A DNA stretch of 64,000 nt from Eledone cirrhosa (taxonomy: Eukaryota): the NCBI GenBank assembly GCA_964016885.1, contig OZ024747.1, positions 25,358,001 through 25,422,000 of the forward strand, read 5' to 3'. A program made the position numbers and the translations under genes. How positions within the stretch are numbered: position 1 is the first letter of the stretch; every line of letters begins with the position of its first letter. The notes beneath the pieces are model-generated. The model did not search any database. It had not been told where the DNA came from and saw only the letters and a list, made by a program, of their open reading frames with translations. This document shows positions 1-12,957 of the stretch, piece by piece.

Positions 1-858
1 ACACAGCATACTGCCCAGTCGGGGAATCAAACACATGACCTTATGATTAGGAGTCCAGCACTCTAACCACTATGTCGAAGTAATTACACATTATTTAACC
101 CTTTTGTAACCATATTTCTAATAAGAATATACCACCTTTGTGTTTTAATCATCAAAATAATCAACAATTACAAGAGGTTTATGATTCCTACAGCTGGATG
201 CCCTTCTTAACACCAACCACCTTACAAAGGAGGTTATTTATGAAAAATGAAAGGTTCCTTTTTTAAAAATAAAATACAAGTCAATGTAAACATATAAAGG
301 GTTCAGTTTGAAATATGAATGGATAATCTTGCAAAATGTATCATCATCCTCACCATCATTTTACATGTTTTCCACGCTGGCACGGACACAGTATGTTGCA
401 TAGAATATCAAAGAGGCTGCTTGGGAGGAAAGAAACATTTCACAATTTCAGTTCTTTCTTCAATTCCCCTTTCTCCATTTAACTCTAACCTTAAACCCTA
501 GCTCTAATGTTAATTCTAACTAACTGAAAATCCTAGCCCTAACCCCAAATCTCTACATGGTGCAGTGGAGTTGGGGTCAATGAATACGTATCTGAATGGA
601 ACGAATTACAGAAATACACTGGTTAAACTCTCACTGGTGGTGTGCTATATATGTTAGTTAACCACATATTTGTTTCAGTTGGAGATTATTAGATGATGTG
701 GCGTAATCAAGAAGGATAGAAAAAACCTTGATTTCTTTTTTACTGGCTTCCAAGACTGATGGAAGGAAATGAATGAAGGACTCACAATTTAGTAAGAAGT
801 TGTGTAGTAATTAACTGAATCATCTCCAAACCACCAGAGAAATGGTCTGAATACTTAC

Positions 859-917
859 AACAGAATAGACTTTGTTAAAGATACCAAAGTCTCAGGTGGT
901 GGTGTTAAATTGATCAA
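859..917 (-). CDS. Candidate 59-nt exon (phase 0 to 2), LINLTPPPETLVSLTKSIL
   Basis: Acceptor cttctttttttag|TTGATC and donor CTGTT|gtaagt. Only the phase-0 frame is open, matching the phase-0 end of exon 21854-21971. The peptide is not recognised. Confidence 0.4.
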
Positions 918-3078
918 CTAAAAAAAGAAGCTCATTGATATAGCACTAATAGTATCCTTAACAGACAGCTGTTTTTTTCTTGTTGCTTAATATATCAAAA
1001 CTAAAGAAAGTAGGTAATTTAAACTTTATCTACATTTATTTTAGATTATGGGAAGCAAAGATTGCTAAAACTAAAAAGAAGGGCATCTGGTTGTAAAACA
1101 TTGCTTCAGAAAGGACTCCATGATGAGTATGAAACCTGTCATGTGACCTGCAATGACTTAACCCTTTAGCATTTACATTACTCTATATATACTATTATAT
1201 TTTCACAGTAAAGGCTTTACCTCACATAATATCGAATTTATGAGATTTAGATGATATTTATTTTGAGAACAATGACTTAACGTCTGTATGAGTGGCCAGT
1301 TACAGCCAGCTTGAACAGAAAGAGGTGAGAGAATTCTGGCCAGATACAGCCGGTTTAAATGCTAATTGTATGTGAAACAAAGATTGTTGACCAATATAGA
1401 AATCGTACTGTTGGTTTTTTTTCCATATTCTGTCAAAATTTGTATGATTACATTTATATCCAATGAATATCATGCACAATCAACTACTTGAGCAATCGTC
1501 ACATTTTTCATGAAGAGATAACAAAACATACCACTGTATCACTTGACACTATCAAATATACATTTCATGACATGAATTCTAATTGCACATATTTTTCAAT
1601 ACAGTGACAAATGCTACAACTTCAAAGGATTGGTCTCAGGGAATTTGGTTCTTACTTAAACAAGCTGGCCTGTAATCAGCATGTGCGTGTCTGAGTGTGT
1701 GTGTGTGTGTGGTGGTGGGAGGTGGAAGAATCAGAAAAAGGCCGATTATACTTCTAAAATTAACCTTTCAATCAATCACATGCAATGAAATGTTGCATGC
1801 GTCAGTTATATATATTGTGTCATTCCTGTGTCTGAGCATATAAATAATTATGGCTTCATTCACCACTATCTTATGGCAGATCACAATAACAACCATATTA
1901 ATACTTTCTTACTAGGATCTTAACATGTTTTGCAGTGACAGAGACTTAATGATTGAATCCTTACCAGTACATTGCTATATACTTTGAAAAGGCAAAGCTC
2001 AACTAACTTTAGAATGGCTGTTGACATGAGACACCTAACTAAGCCGTTTAACTCTTGGAACAACCTGCTCATGGAATTAACGTGCAAGGGGCTTAACATT
2101 CGACAGACACTTGTACAGTTAACGCAGTTCTCAGGGAGATTCAGTGTGATATGTAAAACTAATTTTTCCAGCTGAGTGGACTGCAGCAACGTGAAATAGA
2201 ATGTCTTGCTGAAGGATACAATGCACTACTGGGAATCAAACTCATGACCTTACTATCATGAGCCTAGCACCCTAACCACTAAGCCACACACTTTCACAAT
2301 CAAAACTAGGTCTTGGCTTTAATTTTAAACAGCTCTCACACATTTAAATGATAATGCTTCAATTTTCAAATGGAGGAAGAAAAATAGCACATTTCAATAC
2401 AACACAAAACAATAACTTGCTAATTATAGGTCTGGGTGTGAAACATATAGATATAAATCTCTCTCTCTCTATTATATATATATATAAAATTATAAATATA
2501 AAAACACGCAAAACTACAAACATTGAGATATATACTTTATAAAATATACAGATATAAATCTGAATATATAAAACATATGAATGAAAGTAATATAAATATC
2601 TAAAATAAGGAGGTTTTACAGTGATATAAGACCACAGACATGTAGGGAGGAAAGATATAGCTGATGAAATTGATACTGGTAACATTTTAATTGGCCCCCA
2701 GAAAGATGAAAGGCAGAGTCAACCCGGAGAGATGAAAAGCAAAGCAAAACCCCTAGTGAGATTTGAACCTACAAAAGCAGGAGTTAACTAAATATTGAAA
2801 GACATTTCGTAGGGTGCTTCATAGCATTAATAATAACATTAACTTTTCCCTTACCAAACCCCCTGAAATCGCCCTTGGTTCTATGATACAAAGCTGTTTA
2901 TTTTAAAGTGTTTATATATTTATCTAAAAACCTTCCAATATAGTTCATGTAAGAACCTCTGTTAAGTTATGTTCCAAATACTGAGTAAGTAATATTACTA
3001 AATCCCTCCAAATTCTTATCAAAGTGAAATGAAAATCATAGGTAGTGCCTTTCATTAGAGATATACTAAGAAACGGGA

Positions 3079-3745
3079 TAATTGTTTCTACTTTTGGCAC
3101 AAGGCCAGCAATTATCCCAGTGCATTACTGGTACTTTATTTTATTGACGCCATAAGGATGAAAGACAAAATTAACCTCAGTGGGAACAAACGGGATAATA
3201 ATCATTTTTACTATAGGCACAAGGTCAGCAATTTGGGGGTGGGGAGGGGAAAGTTGATTAAATCGACCCCAGTGCATTAATGGTATTTTATTTTATCGAC
3301 CCCATAAGGATAAAGGGCAAAGCTAACTTTGACGGGATTTGAACTCATAATGTAAAGAGCCGTAGTTTCATATAATAATAATGGTTTCTGATTTAGGCAC
3401 AAGGACAGCAATTTTTTTTGGGGGGGGAAGAGACAGTTCATTATATCAGCCCCAAGATGAAAGAAAAGTTGACCATGGCAGGATTTGAAATCAGAATGCA
3501 ATAAGCCGTTACTAAATACTGCAAAGCATTTTTGTCTATCACTCTAATGATTCTGCTTATTTACTGCCCTTAATAATAATAATAATTGTTTCTACTTTTG
3601 GCACAAGGCCAGCAATTACCCCAGTGCATTACTGGTACTTTATTTTATCGACCTTGTAAGGATGAAAGGCAAAGTTAACTTCGGCAGGATTTGAACTCAG
3701 GACTTAAAGGGCCATAACTCTATGCTACAAAGCATGGCGTCTGAT
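3079..3745 (-). mobile_element. Cluster of four co-oriented family A SINE copies/fragments
   Basis: The block AATAATTGTTTCTACTTTTGGCACAAGGCCAGCAATT...GGATGAAAGGCAAAGTTAAC...GGATTTGAACTCA recurs at ~3079, ~3197, ~3376 and ~3580. Confidence 0.88.
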
Positions 3746-4087
3746 GCTATAATAATTGATTGTTTGTGTTTTCTCTCTTGCATTTTTTTTATGTTTTCCA
3801 GTCTTGGAACCAAATATTTATTGGGGAGAGGGGTGAGAAAGGAAATGCAGAGATATGTGTTCCCAATCTGCAGAGAACTTACAAACACTGTACTCCAAAA
3901 GAAAAAAATGCAAAAATAACAAGGAAGGAAGAAAAGGGTGGGATAGGAGGTGAATAATTCAAAGGCAATGCCTCAGTTGAAACACAGCAGGCTCAAAATA
4001 GGGAGTTAATTTGTTAAAAAAAAAAGGGTAAGAACATATTTTGGAAGCAGCTAACAGTAGAGAAAAAAATACGGAAAATAAAATGAA

Positions 4088-4100
4088 CTCTCTCTCTCAC

Positions 4101-4188
<88 letters not shown>

Positions 4189-4342
4189 AAGCGTTAAACT
4201 AATATTCTCAATTTGCACATATTCCATTTTGTTTTTGTTTTTCCCTTCTCTCTATATGTATATACATTTATGTATGTATGTATATATATATATGTATGTA
4301 TATATATATATATATATATGTATGTATATATATATATGTGTG

Positions 4343-4401
<59 letters not shown>

Positions 4402-4420
4402 GTATGTATATATGTATATA
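4088..4420. repeat. (GA)n and compound (TA)n/(TATG)n microsatellites
   Basis: (GA)n at 4103-4187 and TA/TG-rich tract at 4253-4420. These explain the YI/MY-rich spurious ORFs. Confidence 0.95.
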
Positions 4421-7400
4421 GCTGTAAGATATTAAGAGTTTGGTATGAAGAAGTGATGGTAGTGGTGGGTAATTCTTGCAGTTATTGAATGGAGTAGGTG
4501 GGGAAGCCATAGAAGTGAAATCTGCTAACATCTGGTTACTATTAGAGATGGAACTAACAATAAGAGAGGAACCAAGGAACCATTTCCTTTTGTTGTTGTT
4601 TGTAAAAGAGGTTTGGTTTCTTTGTTAAACACTTTCACATCCGTTTCATCTGGGCTTACTGACTTGTTTCATGTAGGAGCACGTAGTTCAGTAGTTAGAG
4701 TGTTTGAAATGAAAAATTAAATTTACAGCTCACCTCTATGTAGGTTTAACTGGCCTCCTATGAGATTTTTCAAAGATTTTAATTATAGGGGCCCCAGACC
4801 TATCATGTTGTTGCTACAGCTCACACCAATGTAGGTTTAACTGGCTTCATAGGAGGTTGCTTCTCACAGGAGGTTTCTTAGGTGTTGTAATGATAGGAGC
4901 CCCAGTCTTATCAAGAAAATTAATGTGAAATAAAACATCTTGCTCAAGAACACAATGTGCTGCCTAGTCCAGGAAATGGAAAAAAAAGGCTGTATCTCAT
5001 AAGAGGTTTCTTGGGTGCTTTATTGACAGAAGCACCAATCCTCTCACGAAAAGCAAAGTGAAATGAAGAGTCTTGCTCAAGAACATAATGCCCCAGCTGA
5101 GCCAGCCTAACCACTAGAGGACACACCTTTACTGATAGAGAAAAGTAGAGTAATAAATCTCGTTTAAGAGAACAATGAAGCATTGTGAAACATATAAGTG
5201 TATCTGTCATATAGCTAGCTCTGTATCGTCTGAGTCTACAAGAGATACGGAGCCTTTCAATATTCATAGGTCTTTATCATTTATTTTAGTTATTATCAAT
5301 AGACCTATTGTTTATTACAAAATAGATCAATAGTAATAATTTGTTGTGACTATGCCCAGGTCAGTTTCATAGGATAGCAACTGTAGTTAACCACTTCGTT
5401 ACCAAACCACCAGAAACTGACCTCGGTTCTAGAATACTAAGCTGCATATATTAAAGTGCTTATATTCATCTAAAATCCTTCCATCATCTTATGTAAGAAC
5501 TTTTGTTAAGTTATAATCCAAACACTAGCTTAACCCATTTGATACCAAACTGCATATAATAATGAGAAAATTAGTTATATTACTAAATCCCTTCAAATTC
5601 AGATCCTTTAGTTGCAAAGTGAACACCTTAATCCCACAGCTATGTCTGCATCAATATTATTAACATTTAATCCTTAACCTTATGTAATTATTTAGCAACA
5701 AGTATCTAAAAATAGGTTTGTTGATTCAAATGTCTATAGTATCTTTACTTGTGAACAGATTGTTGTGAAAATTTGCAGTATTAGAGAAAAAACTTAAATG
5801 TTTAATGTGGTGCAGTCATAGAGTTGTTTTGCACTTTTCAAGAAAATATTGCTAATATCGTTTCATGTGGTTTGTTAATGCACACCTTTCTCGTATCTTT
5901 ACAAGCAGCAGTGTTATGAAAATTTGCAGTAAAAACTTTAATGTTGGATGTGATACAGTCATAGTGCTGGTTTATGCTATTGAAGAAGGTTTTGCTACTG
6001 TGGTTTCATGCAATAAGAATCTCTTGTTAATGTACTAATCACATTAAGAGTTAATCTCCTACTTTCAGGTTTCGAATAATTGACCCCCACTTCCACCAAC
6101 TTATTCATTTTTCAGATTTTTTCCATCTCCTGCTTATAAAATGTTGCTAATCTATCTCCGACGAAATTTTAAAAAAGTGATAGCATTCCTGCGACGATTA
6201 AAAAACATTATACATGACAAAAAATTACATTACTAGAAACCCCATATGTTATAAAATAAACAGGATGGATTGGGGTCTCAATGTGGAAACTAAATAACTA
6301 ATTCTGGTTTTTAAAAAATCAACAGACAACCTAGAAAAATTACTGATTTTTACCCCCCCCCCCTCTATTATTTGGGGCCTGAGAGTAAGCAAATTAAAGC
6401 CAAGGCAAAACTTGAACACAAAGGCACAAGACATAAAGTCTATGTACTGTCTGACTAAATGTTAGTACTCCACCAGTAATAATACCATATTTATGTCATT
6501 TTACTTATCTGGGAGATATAATATTTTGTCCAAATCATTGAGACTGCTAGTTCTTAAGTTACTCTTTCCTGTGAGAACATTTATTTTTTCTATTCATTAC
6601 TAATTCTTTTATAGATAACACATGACCCGTGTAAATAAAATTAATAGCTACACACACATACACACAAATATATATATATATACATACATATATATATATC
6701 ATCATTTAATATCTGTCTGCCTTACTAGCAAGGTTTGGATGGGTCTTTACAGTCCAAGTCAATACTCAAGAGGAGCCACCAACCTCTCGGATGGGCCTGG
6801 GGCCTATATCTAGCTTATATACATTCCCACACTTTACCAAGAACATTTTATTGTGAAAGCAGCACAAGTGAGGTTGTCATGTCTTTGACACAGCTAAGGG
6901 TATTCCTGACTACTTTTTTGGCAGGTTTTCTATGGCTGGAGATCCTTCCTTAGGGAGATTGTCATATATATATATAGACGAAAGGGAAATGTTTCTTATT
7001 GCCATAATCCAAGAAAAACAATAACAACAACACAAACATAAGCAACAGCCTCGACAAAAGTGATTTCTCTTCTATTTCCTCCTTAATACATGATGGATCT
7101 GTAGGGGATGCTGCCATGATAGGCGGTGTGTCTTGAGTATTTAAACCTGGTGGAGCTCATCCTATTCCAGGTCTGAACACAGCTCATTACTTCCAGAGAA
7201 ATAGAGAAAGAGATATATAGAAGAAGGACTGACTCCTTACTTTATATATTGACCTTGAAAAGATGAAAGGCAAAATTAAGTTGACTTTGGCAGGATTTGA
7301 ATTCAGAACCAAAACCAATATCACAAAGCATTCTGACTGCCACTTTGCCCTCTATTCACCCAATGATAACATTCTTGTTTCCTGTATGGCAGGTAAAGCC

Positions 7401-8789
7401 AGCTTCAGTCCAAGTGGCTGATTACTTCCAAATGAATCTAGTCCCTAATACAGCCATGACATTTTCTGTTCAAATCGATGCTTGTTTAGCTGACCTCCCA
7501 CAAGGTTGCATCTAATTGGAGGTTTCTTGGGTGTTTTAATGATAAGAACAGAACCACATGTTTAGTACTGGTGTCACAAATAAACAGTACTCAATACACT
7601 CTCTAAAATGGTTGGCATTAGAAAAGACATCTAGTTGCACAAACCATGCCAAAAAAAGATTGAAAGGACTCTCCAGTAGTGTAAAGGACATAAAAACCTC
7701 CCTAATGCTGAAGCACAAACAAAATGCACCCAGTCTACACTGTAAAGTGGTTTGAATTAGAAAGGGGATCCAGTTGCAGAAACCATGTGGAAATTGGGAA
7801 AGTTAACTCTTCAGATATCAAAGTGTCTGAAACCTTGATTTGATTGCAAGATATATATCTAAATATATTCCATCAAATAACTTTTGTTAAGTTATGTTCC
7901 AAATTCCAGCTTAGTAATGAGAAAGTTAATTACATCACTAAATCCTTTTAAATACTTGATTATTTAAAAGATTATTTGAAAATCATAGGCAGTGTCTGTC
8001 ATTATAAATATGGTAATGAAAGGATTAATAAGTAGAACATAGTATCTTGCTTGAAATTCTATTGCGTGAGCTAACAGCTACACACACACACACATACACA
8101 CATACACGTACAATGTGAGCAGAGGAATTCATAGAGGATAGGAAAGGAACTCTCAATTTCCTGCTACAAGATATGACAATGAAATGGAAGGTAGTGGGGA
8201 ACACAGTAATCTATCCAGTTGAAATAAAACACCTATATTAATAAAATATTTGCTGTTGACTCATACTGACTATATAGTACTACACCATCAACATCATTAC
8301 AACAACCATGAAGGTGGTGTGACTTTGTGGTTAGGCTATTTGGCTCACAGTTGTAGTAAAATCATAAATGCAATTTCTGGTGGCTCATTGTGTCCTTGGA
8401 CAAGACACTTTATTTCATGTTGCTCCAGTTGATTTAACTGGTATATCTGTGGAATGCTCAGCCATTTGCATATTAATTACATGAGCAAGCTGTTGTTCTA
8501 TGGTTCACCAACTGGATCATTCATTGTTGGAACTGACGGAGGTCCAACAACATACACATTACTGCCACAAAGCATATTGTCCGATACTCTACCAATTTTG
8601 AGGAAAGAACAAGTCGATTAACTCTTAATGTCCTGTACTTCATGAAACTGAATTATCAAGACATTTTTGAAAAATATAAAACAATACTATGATTGCATCA
8701 CATTAAAAATTAAACTCTAATACTGCAATTTTTCACAGCATTCTGTATATTGGTATACATACTCTAAATACTGCAGGTTTCCCTTTGCA

Positions 8790-9160
8790 GCTGGAGCCGA
8801 AGGCATCACAGCCTTCTTGTTTTATGGTGAAAAGCCCCTCATTTAGGATGCAGCATGTAGCAACATTATCTCCAACAGCAGCCTGGTGCATTCAGCAAGA
8901 GATCTAGGCTTTGTTGCTTGGCAAGCCAAAGATTGCAAGCACATGAAGTATTGGTTGCTCTCTGACAGGTTTGTCATTAAACCTGAAACAGTGAAGACTT
9001 TTGGACTTCTTGGTCCCCAGACCACCTCCTTACTCATTACTATCAGGTGGGGTTAGCCACCTGCAGGAGTGAGTCCACCCCACCATGAGTTGGAATGGCT
9101 ATTCTAATGCTTCTCCTTCACCATCTTCTGGGGCAATGCAGTAGCTTGTGCCTGGGAAGC
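8790..9160 (+). mobile_element. Fossil C-terminal restriction-like endonuclease of a CRE-like non-LTR retrotransposon
   Basis: One frame from 8796 reads AEGITAFLFYGEKPLI*DAAC...VAWQAKDCKHMKYWLLSDRFVIKPETVKTFGLLGP...EWLF*CFSFTIFWGNAVA. This matches the pattern PDG.T..P...GK.L.WD...AE..K..KY..L...F.P.AVET.G..G...LFQR.S.AI.RGNA. Confidence 0.7.
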
Positions 9161-9368
9161 ATTCCCCCAACACCATTCAGGCCAGTATTATTGGGTATTC
9201 TTTCTTATATTTTTCAAGAGAGAAAAGAACAAGAAAGCATGTGAGAATGACTGACAGAAAGATAGTAACAACAACAGCAACAATATACATGTGTGTGTGT
9301 GTGTATTATACATTTGAATTAACAAAGCAATTTTAAAACAATTTTTTGCCAAATCATTACAGGGTCCT

Positions 9369-9370
9369 AG

Positions 9371-9431
<61 letters not shown>

Positions 9432-9480
9432 TGAGTGAGTGAGTGAGTGAGTGAGTGAGTGAGTGAGTGAGTGAGTGAGT

Positions 9481-9511
<31 letters not shown>

Positions 9512-9678
9512 TGTGAGTGAGTGAGTGAGTGAGTGAGTGAGTGAGTGAGTGAGTGAGTGAGTGAGTGAGTGAGTGAGTGAGTGAGTGAGTGAGTGAGTGA
9601 GTGAGTGAGTGAGTGAGTGAGTGAGTGAGTGAGTGAGTGAGTGAGTGAGTGAGTGAGTGAGTGAGTGAGTGAGTGAGT

Positions 9679-9738
<60 letters not shown>

Positions 9739-9758
9739 GTGAGAGAGTGAGAGAGAGA
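9369..9758. repeat. Compound microsatellite (GA)n/(GAGT)n
   Basis: Direct reading of the sequence. Confidence 0.97.
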
Positions 9759-12700
9759 TGATAAAGACTATATATATAATACAGATATAGTGAAAAGAAT
9801 CAGCTAATTCTTTGCAAAAGTAAACTGAAGAATTATTTTTGTATCCCAGTCAGGGCAGATGATATCTGAGAAGGCAGCCACAGAAAATCTCTGCTGCCAA
9901 ACATCACTATCGCTCTCTTTTCTTTTTATCTATATCTCTCTCATTACTAGCAGACCTATCAACCAGCCAATCAGCTGACAGTACAGTCATACAGGCAAAC
10001 AGACACCCGGTCAATCAGGGTGCCAGACTTGGGTACAAATTCTACACTAGTTCCACTCAATACTACTACACTACACTACAAGCTATAATAAACAAACACC
10101 CACAAACAGCATGGAAATCCCAGGAAGCTGGTGTTGCCAAAAAACAAACAAACAAAAAAAACATGGAGAATAAAAAAAGAAAATGAAAAAAGTATAATGT
10201 GGGTTGGAGAAATAAAGTGATGTGTGTGTGTGTGTATAGAATTTTGTTTTGAAAACAAGCTCTTTGATTGTTATTATGAGATTGATGAAAATGATTTTAA
10301 AAAATGTACCACATTTCTTATATGCAGTGAGTATCAGTCTGTCTGCAAGGATATTTAACCAATTCCTTACCATATTTCTAATGAAAAACACTGTCTCTGA
10401 TTTTCAAATAACTTTGAATATAATCAAGAGTTTGGAGGGATTTCATATAACTACATGCGACATATCTACTGGACCTTCAAAACCTCAATTCAAAATTTAT
10501 AGTACATTATAATGCTGTGCGTAAAATGGAGATGCAAATTATACATGAGTGTATACAGTGTGAGTGAGGTGAAGCGATCAGCTTGAAACTTTTGTACTTA
10601 GAAAGTGAATTCACACAGTCCCAACCAGTATTGAGTGCTCATTCATGTAATGTTTGAAGGTTTTAAGTACTACAGTATTTTAAACACAAATTCTAATATA
10701 TAAATAAGCTTTTCCTTACTTAAAAAAGCTTCAAGCACAGGCATCGTTTGATATGTGACATTTTTTGGAGATGCATAGAATTGTTGGCCATAGGCAAGTC
10801 CCTAGCAGGACTACAAAGCCATGTCTGTGATGCTCATCCTTAAATATCAAGTGATGGCATTACTCAAAATCAAGTTGCCACCATCATCATCATCTTTCTC
10901 TATATATATCTATTTATTTATTAATACACATACACACATATATATACAAACAGAAAGAGAGATAAAGAGACATGTCTCCTTTAATTTTGTTGTTTAAAGA
11001 TAAGAATTGGGGCGGATAAAAGTTTTGTAAGATACAATGCCTGCAAACCTATACATACACACATGCAAACATAAACATACACACACATACATTCAAACAA
11101 ATACACACACATTCAATCAAACACATAAACAAACAAACACACACAAACATATACATACATATTATATAACATATATACATCAATCATTAGTACCATTCAA
11201 AGTTTTATTTAATGTATTCAATGCAAAGTTAGGAAGAACAACAAAAATTGTTATGAAATTGAAATTAGTATATTTTTAGTATTTTAATAGCTTAACCTTT
11301 TAGATACTAAGTTGCTTGAAACAGCCCCTGGTTTTATAATACAGAACTTTATTTGAAAGTGGTTTTATTTATCTAAATGCCTTCCATCATAATTTTATAT
11401 AAGAACCGTTGTTAAGTTATGTTCCAAACACCAGCTTATTAATGATTAAATCCTTCTAAATACTCAATTATTTTCAAAATTATTTGCAAAACATAGAATC
11501 TTTTATTAGAAATATGATAACGAAAGTTATATTACTAAATCCTTCCAAATTCTTGATTATTTTCAAAATTATTTGGAAATCATTAGTAATGTCTTTTCTT
11601 AGAAATAAGACAATGAATAGGTTGAAACTCCCAAATTCATCTATTGAGTCTGTGTGTGTGCATGGGGAAGGACCCATAGTGTGAATTGAGGTAAGTTTTC
11701 AGCAGAAGAGGAGCCAATTCCAATTCTTTATAGCAGTATTTCTAACCATAACCAGAGATAGAAATGATGGCCTGACAGAACCCTATACAGAAACAGTTTA
11801 TTCAGGTTCACACGATAACTACATTTCATACATATATATATATACATGAATGTGTCCTTAACCAATTTCTTCCAGAGAAAAAGCAAGAGTGAGGAAGTGA
11901 ATAAGGGGTAGAATCAAACCCATAATCAACTGGTACTTTATTTACTGCAAAAGCATGAAAGGCAAAGTTGACCTCAGCAGAATTTGAACTTAGAGAACAG
12001 AGTGCCAGAACTTAGAATATGGTAAAGCATTATATCCAATTCAATGCCTAGAACACACATATGTAAAAAAAAAAAAAAAAAAAAAAGAGAGAGAGAGAGG
12101 GGAAAATAGAGTGACAACTAGCAAAAGGAAAGGGTAAAAGATCTATTAAACTTGCCTTGGCTTTCACCTGTACTACTCCAAATGCCAGGGTGGTGCCTAT
12201 TCTACAACGTTTGATGAGTAATTTAGCTGTGCAGGGGTCTGCAGGTGACTGGGTGGGATGTCCTGTAGAGACATTAGGTTTTGCAGCTATATCCATGCAC
12301 GGTGTCATATCGGTAACAATTCTGATAACAGACAGTCCATTTTAGTGAGAGAAAAGCCAGTCAAATTGACTGGCAGTTGATGCTGGTGGCTGATGCCAAC
12401 AGTACTTAAAAATGATAAAATTTATAGCAGTAATGTGCGGTGGTTTGTTTGTTGTGAGTGGTTGTATAAGTGTAGCATCTGTGACAACAATAGGTTTTAA
12501 ATACAAGAGGTTTGTGACAGATGATGCTAGTTGGTAGTGCCAGCAGTACTTTAAAAAAATTAAATTGGTAGCAGTAATGTAGTGTGGTGTGGATTGGTTT
12601 GGTGTGTTGTGAGTGGATGTATAGTATAGCCTGTGACAAGATTTACATACAAGAAGGTTGATACCTCCTGATTCAGTTGCTGTTGTTTCAGACGTTCTTC

Positions 12701-12926
12701 TTCTAACTGCTGAGGTTGATGCTTTTACAACAACAACAACAACAGAAGCCTCAAGTTTTGGTGATAGGCAGTGGATAAGGGAAGGGTGTAGGAAGAAGTC
12801 AGAAGTAAGTTTACCCCATCACCCTATTCTTATTCTTCATAATCATCAGGATGCTGCTGATGCTGTGTGGGAGAGCGGATGGGGGGTGGGTTCATAGAAA
12901 AGAGTCAGCAACAGGAATAGATCACC

Positions 12927-12957
<31 letters not shown>

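Noticed and set aside
12048-12345. Higher-complexity segment with ORFs on both strands, considered as the PDZ exon
   Set aside because: No PDZ motif and no convincing splice-site pair.
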